Below, piece after piece: positions 51,101 through 60,233 of a DNA stretch of 64,000 nucleotides (its first letter is position 1; each line of letters opens with the position of its first letter). The DNA lies in contig CAVUDP010000002.1 in the NCBI GenBank assembly GCA_963740315.1, positions 2,272,001 to 2,336,000 on the forward strand. Direction: 5' to 3'. Source of the stretch: an uncultured cyanobacterium (lineage in GTDB: Bacteria; Cyanobacteriota; Cyanobacteriia; Cyanobacteriales; Nostocaceae). Under the pieces are notes generated by a model, which ran no database searches, was not told where the DNA came from, and saw nothing but the letters and a program-made list of their open reading frames with translations. A program made the translations under genes and the position numbers.

Positions 51101-51537
51101 TCGCTCCAAACATAAAAATCTCGTTCCGGACTACCTACGGGTGCCTTACGCGCCCGTTGGAACCACGGATGCTGGTCGGAAGTATGGTTAACAATTAACT
51201 CAATGATTACCCGGATGCCTCTTTGATGGGCAGCACTCAAGCAAGCCTTGAAATCGTCCAGATTTCCGTAAATTGGATTAACGGTAGTATAATCCGCGAT
51301 ATCGTAGCCATCGTCTCGCAAGGGAGAAGGGAAAAAAGGCAAGACCCAAATTGCCGTTACTCCCAAGTCTTGGAGATAATCTAACTTTTCAGTCAACCCC
51401 CGAAAATCGCCGATCCCATCGCCATCGCTATCAGCAAAAGCACGTACTGGCACTTCATAAATGACTGCATCTTTAAACCAAAGCGGGTCATCTTTCAATA
51501 ATGGATTTTGCATATTTTTTACTGGCTTATTTCCCAT
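48136..51537 (-). CDS. treS: Trehalose synthase TreS fused to a maltokinase (Mak/Pep2)-like domain
   Basis: WFKDAVIYE, LRDDGYDIADY, RLDAVPYL, FLRNHDELTLE; C-terminal IIDFEGD...SPLRDVAGM. Confidence 0.93.
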   Translation of the reverse strand: MGNKPVKNMQNPLLKDDPLWFKDAVIYEVPVRAFADSDGDGIGDFRGLTEKLDYLQDLGVTAIWVLPFFPSPLRDDGYDIADYTTVNPIYGNLDDFKACLSAAHQRGIRVIIELIVNHTSDQHPWFQRARKAPVGSPERDFYVWSDTLEKYEEARIIFKDFETSNWTWDPVAKSYYWHRFYSHQPDLNFESPQMQQALFDVVDFWLDLGVDAMRLDAVPYLYEREGSSCENLPETHAFLKKLRQHMDEKYPNRMLLAEANQWPEDAVEYYGDGDECHMNFHFPLMPRLFMGLQMEDSFPIIDILQQTPPIPDNCQWALFLRNHDELTLEMVSDEDRDYMYRVYAQDQQARLNLGIRRRLAPLMGNNRRRTEVMNALLMSLPGTPVLYYGDEIGMGDNIYLGDRNGVRTPMQWSADRNGGFSRCNPHKLYAPVIIDPEYHFEAVNVEAQRENRNSLWWWTKRLIATRGRFQAFGRGTFELLYPENRKVLAFTRTYNGEHILVVTNLSRFVQTVELDLSAFNAMIPVEIFGRTTFPAIDDTPYFMSLAPHAFYWFTLQVQTNITCPVRPQNQIPTLVVSDNWQNIFTKTETKAALEGILPDYMCACNWFDGKSRVIQSGHIIEAIPVSFRSLEAAVVLVQLDYTEGNPEIYVLHLAYEVEGINNERFGSYREEVVANIEIRSKKEVGLLFDALADKEFLNFPLEAIANKKTYKGMAGELIAEASKDFTELAGAASSHALKVHLEAHMLRGEHKNTCVVYGDRLMCKLFRKVVGEGINPDLEVGQFLTHASATKGLPGVENFAPVAGSLNYSRKGFETMTLGILQKFIPDIRDGWEYSLDSLRDFFEQVQVTQIDAVADIDLPSSLLSAALETEIPDLAQEMIGTYLRNAQLLGERTAEMHLALASDADDPNFAPEQFTSFYQRSIYQYMRNQAGQVLLLLKKHLIQLPSELQPVAQVVLNNREMILARLKSILNQKITAMRTRTHGNLCLNEVLYTGKDFIIIDFEGDQTRPLSERRMKRSPLRDVAGMIESFYYSSRIALRNEKESGIIVPDDLPLMEQWTQFFYTWSSVAFLKSYLSTAKGAPFLPSEPSELELLLDGFILEKAIVELEHELKNRPNWVEVPMHRILELLETA

Positions 51538-51620
51538 AAGATATCTTACTAATATAAGAAGCTAACTTTGAGTTAATTCTTAAATAGTTTTTGATTGTTT
51601 CAAATTATCGGGGTCAAATT

Positions 51621-53135
51621 ATGAGTTTTGAAAGAGCAAGTGGAGTTCTACTGCATCCTACCAGTTTGCCAAGTAAGTTTGGCATTGGGGATTTAGGAGA
51701 ATCGGCTTATAAGTTCGTTGATTTTCTCGCTGCTAGCGGTCAAAAGTTGTGGCAAATTCTACCTTTAGGACCCACGGGTTACGAACATTCTCCTTATACA
51801 ATGAATTTTAGCGCCTTCGCAGGAAATCCTTTAATGATTTCTTTAGAGCAGTTGCAGTCCGAGGGTTTGCTAACTTCAGAAGAATTAAATCCAACTGAAA
51901 AGGTCGCAGATAATCCGCAAAGAGTTGATTTTGATGCGGTAACTTCTCGTAAAACAAAAATCCTTCGACAAGCTTATCAACGTTTCCAAGAATCTTTATC
52001 AAAAAAAGCCAATCCTGAATTTGAACAGTTTTGTAAAGAACAAGCAACTTGGTTGGATGATTACGTGCTATTCATGGCACTACTAGAAGCTAACGATTAT
52101 AAGGCTTGGAACTTTTGGGATAATGCTGTAGCTCGTCGCGAAAAAGATGCGCTCAAAGCTGAAGCAGAAAAATTAATTGATGCGGTATCATACCACAAAT
52201 TCTTACAATTTAAATTCTTCCAGCAGTGGAAAAAAATCCGCGACTACGCCAACAATAAGAATATTAAAATAGTTGGTGATATTTCAATTTATGTTTGTCA
52301 TAATAGTGCCGATGTCTGGGCAAACCCAGAAATATTTCAGCTAAACTCCGAAACCCTTGAATCCGCCTACATTGCTGGAGTACCACCAGATTACTTTAGT
52401 GCCACCGGACAACTTTGGGGCAATCCCGTCTACGACTGGGACAAATTAGAAGAAACCAACTTTGCTTGGTGGATAGAACGTTTTCGGGCAACATTACAAT
52501 ATGTAGACATCGTTCGTATCGACCACTTCCGGGGATTTGAAGCGTATTGGCGAGTACCCGCAGGAGAAGAAACCGCCATCAACGGCGAATGGGTAAAAGG
52601 ACCTGATGCCAAATTCTTTGAAACTCTGGCTTCCACTTTAGGTAGTTTACCCGTCATGGCGGAAGACTTAGGAATTATTACCCCCGAAGTAGAAGAATTA
52701 CGAGACAGGTTTGATTTCCCCGGAATGCGTATTTTGCAATTTGCTTTCGGTGGCGATGACGATAACGCTTACTTACCCCATAACTACATTCAAAACTGCG
52801 TCGTATATCCCGGTACTCACGATAACGACACAACCATTGGATGGTGGAACAGTACGGGAGAACAAGAAAAGCAGCACGTAGCTAGATACTTGGAATATTC
52901 CTCACCCGAAGAAATCAAAGAAATCAACTGGGAATTTATTCGCATGGCGCTATCTTCAATGGGAGACTTAGCCATTCTTTCAGTGCAAGATTTACTAGAC
53001 TTAGACAGCAGCGGTAGAATGAACGATCCCAGTGTTAACGCTGGAAACTGGCGCTGGCGCTACGAAAGTTCCGACCAACTCACCCCCGAATTGAGTCAGC
53101 GGTTGTTGGAAATGACCCAGCATCATAAGCGATAA
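51621..53135 (+). CDS. malQ: 4-alpha-glucanotransferase (amylomaltase)
   Basis: RASGVLLHPTSLP, GVPPDYFSATGQLWGNP, RIDHFRG, AEDLG, GTHDNDT. Confidence 0.95.
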   Translation: MSFERASGVLLHPTSLPSKFGIGDLGESAYKFVDFLAASGQKLWQILPLGPTGYEHSPYTMNFSAFAGNPLMISLEQLQSEGLLTSEELNPTEKVADNPQRVDFDAVTSRKTKILRQAYQRFQESLSKKANPEFEQFCKEQATWLDDYVLFMALLEANDYKAWNFWDNAVARREKDALKAEAEKLIDAVSYHKFLQFKFFQQWKKIRDYANNKNIKIVGDISIYVCHNSADVWANPEIFQLNSETLESAYIAGVPPDYFSATGQLWGNPVYDWDKLEETNFAWWIERFRATLQYVDIVRIDHFRGFEAYWRVPAGEETAINGEWVKGPDAKFFETLASTLGSLPVMAEDLGIITPEVEELRDRFDFPGMRILQFAFGGDDDNAYLPHNYIQNCVVYPGTHDNDTTIGWWNSTGEQEKQHVARYLEYSSPEEIKEINWEFIRMALSSMGDLAILSVQDLLDLDSSGRMNDPSVNAGNWRWRYESSDQLTPELSQRLLEMTQHHKR

Positions 53136-53139
53136 GGAA

Positions 53140-53500
53140 AGGTTAAAGGTAGAGGGGGATGGGGTTGGGGAGATGGGGAGATAGGGGGATGGGGAGATAG
53201 GGGGATGGGGAGATGGGGAGATGGGGAGATGGGGAGATGGGGAAGAGTGGGTAGAGGGGAAAGAGGGGGAGATGGGGAAGAGTGGGGTAGATAGCGAGCG
53301 AGACGCTCGCACTACAAAGATGCAGAGAAATGTTAATTTGCAACTTCTAACTCCTAACTCCTAACTCCTAACTATTCCCAATGCCCAATGCCCAATGCCC
53401 CATGCCCCATTCCTAATTCCCATTTCCCAATGCCCAATACCCAGTGCCTACTCCTAACCTATAACCTTTAACCTTTGACCTTTAACCTATAACCTATCTT
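53140..53500. repeat. STRR field (GGGGAGAT, CTCCTAA, CCCAATG, AACCTTT blocks) with a central palindrome
   Basis: Read directly; similar fields at 43085-43375, 45210-45470, 47785-48130 and 60845-61000. Confidence 0.85.
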
Positions 53501-53640
53501 CTCTCTATTCCCCATCGTCGTTCAATCTAAAACTATTGACTGATGACAGTTGAATAAAATTAAGTCGGAAGCAGGAAGAAAAGATATAAGCATTTTTTTT
53601 ACACTGATGTTCAGATGTAAATAAATTAGTAATAACTTCT

Positions 53641-54486
53641 ATGACACTATTCAAACTTGCAGATTTCGACCCCAACTATAAAGAAGTTTTTGGTGGTGAA
53701 GATATAAAGGAAATGTCTCTTTATACTCAAGGAGGAGACAAAATTGGTTCCGTTGATGATGCTTTGGTAGATAAAGACGGTCGTTTTCGCTATTTGGTTA
53801 TTAGTACTGGAGCAATGTTTTTCGGTAAGAAAATCTTGTTACCAATCGGTCTTTCACGCCTCGACTATAGCCAAAAGCGCGTTTATGTAGATGGACTAAG
53901 TAAAGAGCAAGTAGAAAACTTGCCTGAATACGACGATAGCATGACCGTTGATTACCATTATGAAGAGAAAGTACGCGGTGCTTATCGTGCCCCAGAAGCT
54001 AAAAATGTAGCTCATCAGCCAGATACTTATAACTACCAGAAAGATTCTTCTTTATACGATTTAAACGATCGCGACCATTCTAATATTAAACTTTATGAAG
54101 AGCGTTTAGTTGCTAGCAAGTCCCGCATTAAAACTGGTGAAGTAAGTGTTGGTAAACACGTTGAAACCGAAACTGCTAGGGTTTCAGTACCAGTTGATAA
54201 AGAGCGAGTTGTAATCGAACGAGTTACACCTACCGGAGAAGCAACTGTAGTCGATCCAGATACAGTTAACTTTGCTGAAGGTGAAGTTGCACGAGTTGAA
54301 CTTTACGAAGAACAGCCTGACATTCACAAAGAAGCATACGTGCGTGAAGAAGTACGAGTTAAGAAAGTTGTCGAACACGACACTGTTGAAGCAAGTGAAA
54401 CTATTCGTAGAGAAGAGTTAGATGTCGATACCCAAGGCGATTTACGAGTGAATGAATCAGATACAGCTAGAAAAGACCGCATTTAA
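53641..54486 (+). CDS. PRC-barrel + DUF2382 (YsnF/AvaK-like) protein, paralog 1
   Basis: KIGSVDDALVD..GRFRYLV, IKLYEERLVA, KHVETETARVSVPV, ETIRREELDV. Confidence 0.9.
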   Translation: MTLFKLADFDPNYKEVFGGEDIKEMSLYTQGGDKIGSVDDALVDKDGRFRYLVISTGAMFFGKKILLPIGLSRLDYSQKRVYVDGLSKEQVENLPEYDDSMTVDYHYEEKVRGAYRAPEAKNVAHQPDTYNYQKDSSLYDLNDRDHSNIKLYEERLVASKSRIKTGEVSVGKHVETETARVSVPVDKERVVIERVTPTGEATVVDPDTVNFAEGEVARVELYEEQPDIHKEAYVREEVRVKKVVEHDTVEASETIRREELDVDTQGDLRVNESDTARKDRI

Positions 54487-54968
54487 TAATTCATTAATAA
54501 TGATTAATATTGCAATACAGCATTTTTAAGTCATTTGTAAATTTCACAAACCCGGTTTTTTTTACCGAGTTACTTGATATTTATATTCTTGACTCCAAAG
54601 GTAGATATTAACTTCTATCTTTGGAGTATTTTTTTTGTGCAAAAACTAATTATGGTAGTGCCCTTGTGCGACGATCGCGCGATCGCTGCATTTGCAAAAA
54701 TAAGCACGAATTACAAGATATGAATATTCAGAATTACGAGTCCAGCTTTATAAAGAATTTTATTCAAATAATAAGTTTATTAAAGGCGTTAATTGCGATA
54801 ATCCATATATCAATTACTGCTAAAACTCGTTTTTCATAAAAATACAAAACAATTTACTACTTCTGATTATGCGTAAAAAAATTAAGTCAGTCGTGGGGAA
54901 GATGAATCTCAAAAGATTTTTTTTTAATGTTGTTAGTAACGAAGAAAAAATTAGGAGATAAGAATTAT

Positions 54969-55886
54969 ATGGCTCTTTACAAAATTGCAGATTACGATCC
55001 TGACTATCGCGATGTTTTCCAGGGGCAAGACATCAAAGATATGAGTGTTTACGCTGAAGGAAGTGACGATAAAGTTGGTTCCGTTAGCGATATTTTAGTA
55101 GATAACGAAGGTCGTTTTCGTTATTTGGTAGTTGACTTAGGTTTCTGGATTTTTGGTAAGAAAGTATTAATGCCAGTTGGTCGCACCCGCATTGATTACA
55201 ATGCAAGCCGCATTTATGCTGTCGGTATGACTAGAGAGCAAGCTGAAAACTTGCCTGAATTCAACGAAAACCAAACCTTAGATTACGATTACGAAGAAAG
55301 TGTACGTGGTGTATATCGCACTACTCCTGTAGAAAGATCCGCAGCTCTGGAAGATTCTGCACCTCTCGATGCACCAGCATATAGTGGAGCAACTCGTGCC
55401 CAAACTGGGACCACCAATCCAGTAAATCCTGCCCCGACTTATAACCGCGATACTTATAAGTATGAGGAAGAACCTCATCTGTACAACGTTAACGATACAG
55501 ACCATCAAAATATTAAACTCTATGAAGAGCGTTTAGTTGCTAACAAACAGCGTCGCAAAGCTGGTGAAGTAGCAATTGGTAAGCACGTTGAAACCGAAAC
55601 TGCGCGAGTTTCTGTACCTGTTGACAAAGAGCGTGTAGTTGTTGAACGAGTAACTCCAGATAATGCAGGTAGAGCAGTTGCTCCCGGTGAAGCAGCTTTC
55701 AAAGAAGGTGAAGTCGCTCACGTAGATGTTTACGAAGAGAATGCTAATGTTAAAAAAGAAGCATTCGTTCGTGAAGAAGTTAGAGTTAAGAAAGAAGTAG
55801 AACACGATACTGTTGAGACCCAAGAAACGATTCGCCGTGAAGAATTAGATATTGATTCTGGCAATCTACCTACCGACAGGCGCTAA
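54969..55886 (+). CDS. PRC-barrel + DUF2382 (YsnF/AvaK-like) protein, paralog 2
   Basis: RYLVVDLGFWIFGKKVLMPVG, IKLYEERLVANK; AGGAG upstream of ATG 54969. Confidence 0.9.
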   Translation: MALYKIADYDPDYRDVFQGQDIKDMSVYAEGSDDKVGSVSDILVDNEGRFRYLVVDLGFWIFGKKVLMPVGRTRIDYNASRIYAVGMTREQAENLPEFNENQTLDYDYEESVRGVYRTTPVERSAALEDSAPLDAPAYSGATRAQTGTTNPVNPAPTYNRDTYKYEEEPHLYNVNDTDHQNIKLYEERLVANKQRRKAGEVAIGKHVETETARVSVPVDKERVVVERVTPDNAGRAVAPGEAAFKEGEVAHVDVYEENANVKKEAFVREEVRVKKEVEHDTVETQETIRREELDIDSGNLPTDRR

Positions 55887-56064
55887 TTTCTGATGATCGA
55901 TCTGTTAATTAGTTGTTAGTTATTAGTTCTTAGCTAGTAACTGATAGCTAATTTTTATTTTGCGTGACTTTAACTAATGTATATATTTAATTATATTGTT
56001 TTAAATTATTTTATTATATATAAATGGTACATTAAATGCATAGCTATTAATAAATTATGTAAAT

Positions 56065-56943
56065 ATGAATAATCAAATAACTGATAATAATACCTCTAAC
56101 GGAAAAACTGAAAAAGTAATCAGTTTAATCGATAAGCTAAAAAGTAAAGTCAAAAATTTTGATGTTGTCGATCGACAAGGTAAATTAATCGGCAAAGTTC
56201 GAGATTTGATGGTTAATAGCAACCGTCAACTTAATTTTGCGATCCAAAAATTATCTCAAAACAATGAGACTAATCCTCTATTGCTATTGAATGCCAAATT
56301 AGTCCATAAGATCGAGCCGAAGATTCAACGTGTTTTTACCCATATTGATGAATCGCAATTAAACCAGTTACCTAAATATACAGAAAGGGAAAATAAAGTA
56401 AGTAATATGACAGACAATTTAAATTTTGACCAACCTATTGACTATAAAGCACATTCAGCTACTACAGAAAATCCTGAAGTCGATCGTATAGCGCGATCGG
56501 AAGGTATAGAAGTAGAAGAAATTGAAGAAGATATCATTCGTTTGTTAGGGGAAAGGTTAGTTGTCGAACGTAGCAAACGTAAAATTGGCGAAGTTATTAT
56601 TCGCAAAGAAATAGAAACTCGGATGATACAAATCCCCGTCCGACGTGAGAAACTTATTATTGAAGAACCCGGACTTGAACCCAAGCGGCTTGCAGAAATC
56701 GACTTAGGTGAAGAAGAAATTTCAGATGATGAGTTAAGTAAGGCAGCAGTCGGTAGTGACTTTGAAGGTGGTTTAAGTGTCAGCGGTGAATTCGACTCAC
56801 CTAAAATTGCTTCTTTAATTCTTAATGCCATCCAATTAGAGCAGAATCACGGATGCAAAAAGGTGCGAGTTTCTATCCTCGTAGAAAATGAAGAAAAGCA
56901 GCAGAAATATAAAGAATGGTTCAATCGTACTTCTAAAGCATAA
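56065..56943 (+). CDS. PRC-barrel + DUF2382 protein, divergent paralog 3
   Basis: VVDRQGKLIGKVRDL, IIRLLGERLVVERSKRKIGEVIIRKEIETRMIQIPVRREKL. Confidence 0.8.
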   Translation: MNNQITDNNTSNGKTEKVISLIDKLKSKVKNFDVVDRQGKLIGKVRDLMVNSNRQLNFAIQKLSQNNETNPLLLLNAKLVHKIEPKIQRVFTHIDESQLNQLPKYTERENKVSNMTDNLNFDQPIDYKAHSATTENPEVDRIARSEGIEVEEIEEDIIRLLGERLVVERSKRKIGEVIIRKEIETRMIQIPVRREKLIIEEPGLEPKRLAEIDLGEEEISDDELSKAAVGSDFEGGLSVSGEFDSPKIASLILNAIQLEQNHGCKKVRVSILVENEEKQQKYKEWFNRTSKA

Positions 56944-56974
56944 AAAAAGTAAATATATCCGAATAGTTATTTAG

Positions 56975-56999
56975 AGACTTGCAATAGCAAGTCTTTTTT
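56975..56999 (+). terminator. Rho-independent terminator
   Basis: AGACTTGC-AATA-GCAAGTCT followed by a T-run. Confidence 0.75.
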
Positions 57000-57511
57000 A
57001 TATATATTTTTTTTTATCGATCCCCGCTATATTCCATGATTTATTACTATTTGAAACGGTATCTGATGTAACTAAAATCTCTGCATTTTTTGGGGATCGC
57101 AGATATTTCACAAGCACTCTTAAATAAAACTTATTTAATAAAAGATTATTCATATATACTTTGTGTAAAGGAGTATTAAGAAATACTTATTAAAGATTGT
57201 TGCAATAGGTTGATTTAATTGTTAGAGTGTGATGCATGACGACGATGATATAAATTCGTGTCTGGGGAATATGCACACCAGCTATATCTGCAACTAAGTA
57301 TTGAAAAAAAACATTGGTTAGGGAACCCAAAGAGAGAGAAATCTAACCAAATGCAAGTATCTTGATAGTTCGAGAAAAATTAACGATAAACAGCTTATGT
57401 CTATTGCTGTAAAAACATTTCACTTTTTGTCGATATCTATGTAAATCCGGACGGAAATATATCGGCGCTTAGCAATATTGCACAAATACTTAAAGCATGG
57501 AGGATAAAAGT

Positions 57512-58330
57512 ATGAATATTCAAGGTAAAACTGCCTTAATTACTGGGGCTTCCCGTGGTATTGGACGTGCGATCGCCTTAGAATTAGCGACTCATAAAGT
57601 AAAACGGTTGATATTGGTTGCACGCTCCCGCGATAAATTAGCCGAAGTTGCAAAGCTTGTTGAAACGATGGGAATAGAAGCGGTAATCATGCCGTTGGAT
57701 TTGACAAAACCAGTGTTTGTAAACGTTGCGGTAGCACAACTTTGGCAAAGTTATGGTCCGATCGATATGTTGGTTAATTGCGCTGGTGTGGCTCATCAAA
57801 ACTCGTTTTTACAAACTAAGTTACCTCAAATACAAGAAGAATTATCTTTGAATTTACTGGGAACTTACACCATGACTCACATGATGGCGCGACGGATGGT
57901 AAAGCAAAAACAAGGAACAATTGTTAACGTATCGAGTTTAATGGGGAAAGTTGCAGCACCGACAATGGCGACTTATTCGGCGACTAAGTTTGCAATCTTG
58001 GGATTTACCGAAGCCTTACGTCGGGAGTTAGAGCCACATCACATCAAAGTAATTTCCCTATTACCAACATTGACAGACACCGAGATGGTGCGAGACTTGC
58101 AACTATATCGCGGAGTGATCCCGATGTCACCCGAAAAAGTAGCGCAAGCATTCGTCAAAGGATTGAAAAAAGACTCATCAGAAATCTTAGTTGGTTGGCA
58201 AAGTCATTTAGCGATTTTATGTCAGCGACTCGCACCGTGGTTGTTAGAGGTGGTATTAAAACTCGCATCACCTCAAACCAAAGCACCGAAGATACAGCAG
58301 TATTATCAGAGGTTGGTTCGTAGTTGGTAG
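57512..58330 (+). CDS. SDR family NAD(P)-dependent oxidoreductase
   Basis: TGASRGIG, NCAG, NVSS, YSATK; GGAGG before ATG 57512 (alternative start 57497). Confidence 0.92.
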   Translation: MNIQGKTALITGASRGIGRAIALELATHKVKRLILVARSRDKLAEVAKLVETMGIEAVIMPLDLTKPVFVNVAVAQLWQSYGPIDMLVNCAGVAHQNSFLQTKLPQIQEELSLNLLGTYTMTHMMARRMVKQKQGTIVNVSSLMGKVAAPTMATYSATKFAILGFTEALRRELEPHHIKVISLLPTLTDTEMVRDLQLYRGVIPMSPEKVAQAFVKGLKKDSSEILVGWQSHLAILCQRLAPWLLEVVLKLASPQTKAPKIQQYYQRLVRSW

Positions 58331-58489
58331 TTATCAAAATAATGTAGAGACGTTGCACTGCAACGTCTCCATATACTGCAACGTCTCCATATACTGCAAC
58401 GTCTCCATATATTGAGGGGAAAAATTAGTAAAGCTTATCCTCAATAGAGCCTCAAAACCTGGTGGTTACTCTAACAATAATTTTTCTCT

Positions 58490-58645
58490 TTATTCGACAA
58501 CGCGTTTACGTATAAAAAGGGTAATAATTCCCCCGACTAAAAGAGCAACTCCCCACCAAAGAGAATCACCAGGAAGACCTTTGAGCAAAAGTGTAGTCAT
58601 CCCAGAACTTAGCAGCGACCATCCTATTGTTGTTTGATAGCCCAT
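58490..58645 (-). CDS. Small membrane protein, 51 aa (not in the ORF track)
   Basis: MGYQTTIGWSLLSSGMTTLLLKGLPGDSLWWGVALLVGGIITLFIRKRVVE; AGGA upstream; two hydrophobic segments and a basic tail. Confidence 0.6.
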   Translation of the reverse strand: MGYQTTIGWSLLSSGMTTLLLKGLPGDSLWWGVALLVGGIITLFIRKRVVE

Positions 58646-58927
58646 TTAATTAATTTTCCTGCGTTACTTACTCTTCCAAAAATAGTTCTTTGTTTCATAA
58701 AAATAATCCACTAAAAGTATTAGAATAAGACTAGTCTGGAGTAGTATTTTCTATACTTTCTACTAAATATTGTAAATTATGTTGCATTCTCTATTTAATG
58801 CGGCGTGCGTCCAAAACATCGCTTTCTAATACAGCGTTTATGTTACCTTACGCAATACAAAAATTTTCTTCCCTAGTTTTTCCCGATTACTTTCTAACTT
58901 GAAGTTAGCAATAACTAAGAGAACAAA

Positions 58928-59998
58928 ATGAACATACAAACGTTAGAGGAAAACAAAGCCGAAGCCTTTGCCAAAAGAATGCTTGGAATTTTAAATGATG
59001 GTGCAATTTCCATTATGATTTCCATCGGACATCGGACTAAACTTTTCGATACTTTAGCTACATTATCACCATCGACAAGCCAACAAATAGCAGATGCAGC
59101 TAATTTAAACGAACGCTATGTAAGAGAATGGTTGGGAGCAATGGTAACTGGTAGAATTATCGAATATTATCCCAATCGTAATACTTACTCTCTACCTCAA
59201 GAATATGCAGTATTTTTAACAAGAGCAGCAAGCCCCGACAATATAGCGGCTTTTGCTCAATATATTTCACTTTTAGGAACCGTTGAAGATAAGATTATTG
59301 AATGCTTTTATAACGGTGGGGGAGTTCCCTATTCCGATTACAAACGCTTTCATCAAGTAATGGCAGAAGATAGCGGACAAACTGTAGTTGCAGCTTTAGA
59401 AGATTTTATTTTACCGCTAATTCCTGGTTTAGAAACAGCACTGCAAAACGGTATAGATGTACTTGATGTAGGTTGCGGTAGCGGGCGGGCGTTAAATTCC
59501 TTAGCTCAAGCATTTCCCCAAAGTCGGTTTACTGGTTACGATTTTTCCGAAGAGGCTATTACTACAGCTAATAATCAAGCTAAAAAACTTGGTTTAACCA
59601 ACATCCAATTTCAAATCAAAGATGCTGCAACCATAAACGAAGTTGCTCAATACGATTTGATTACAACATTCGATGCCATCCACGATCAAGCCAAACCAGA
59701 CATAGTATTAAGCACAATATTTAATGCATTGCGCCCTAACGGTATCTACTTAATGCAAGATATTCGGGCATCGAGTCATGTTGATGGCAATTTAGAACAT
59801 CCCGCAGCACCATTACTTTATACAATATCCTGTATGCACTGCATGAGTGTTTCCTTAGCAGCAAATGGAATGGGACTCGGTGCCATGTGGGGAGAAGAAA
59901 AGGCGTTGGAAATGTTAGAAGCGGCAGGTTTTACCAGCGTAGAAATCAAACGGCTCGAACATGATTTTCAAAACAATTATTACATTGTCAAAAAATAA
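58928..59998 (+). CDS. Class I SAM-dependent methyltransferase with an N-terminal winged helix (Rv2258c-like)
   Basis: LNERYVREWL, VLDVGCGSG, FDAIHDQA, LYTISCMHCMSVSLA..G.GLGAMWG. Confidence 0.9.
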   Translation: MNIQTLEENKAEAFAKRMLGILNDGAISIMISIGHRTKLFDTLATLSPSTSQQIADAANLNERYVREWLGAMVTGRIIEYYPNRNTYSLPQEYAVFLTRAASPDNIAAFAQYISLLGTVEDKIIECFYNGGGVPYSDYKRFHQVMAEDSGQTVVAALEDFILPLIPGLETALQNGIDVLDVGCGSGRALNSLAQAFPQSRFTGYDFSEEAITTANNQAKKLGLTNIQFQIKDAATINEVAQYDLITTFDAIHDQAKPDIVLSTIFNALRPNGIYLMQDIRASSHVDGNLEHPAAPLLYTISCMHCMSVSLAANGMGLGAMWGEEKALEMLEAAGFTSVEIKRLEHDFQNNYYIVKK

Positions 59999-60233
59999 TT
60001 TGCAATTACCAATTAGTAATCAATTATTATGTGTAAACTTTGTGCTTTAAGTATGCGTTTTCAGCAACAAAATAAAAAGAATTCTCAACTTTCAGATACG
60101 AATAAATTATCTGAATTCGTTAAACGCAAAATTGAGAATAAAACATAATAGTATTTGTAAGTAACCCAACATTGCATAGTCGTTATGCTGAAAAATTATA
60201 TTTAGCAAAAATTGATTGATAACCGATCGTTAA

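Noticed and set aside
57446..57451. TCCGGA as a heterocyst DIF1 promoter motif
   Set aside because: A single hexamer with no TSS data; expected by chance
57512..58330. SDR as HetN
   Set aside because: No RGSGR pentapeptide and not in hgl/het context
60029..60148. 39-aa ORF starting MCKLC
   Set aside because: No RBS, low complexity, and it lies between convergent genes; insufficient support
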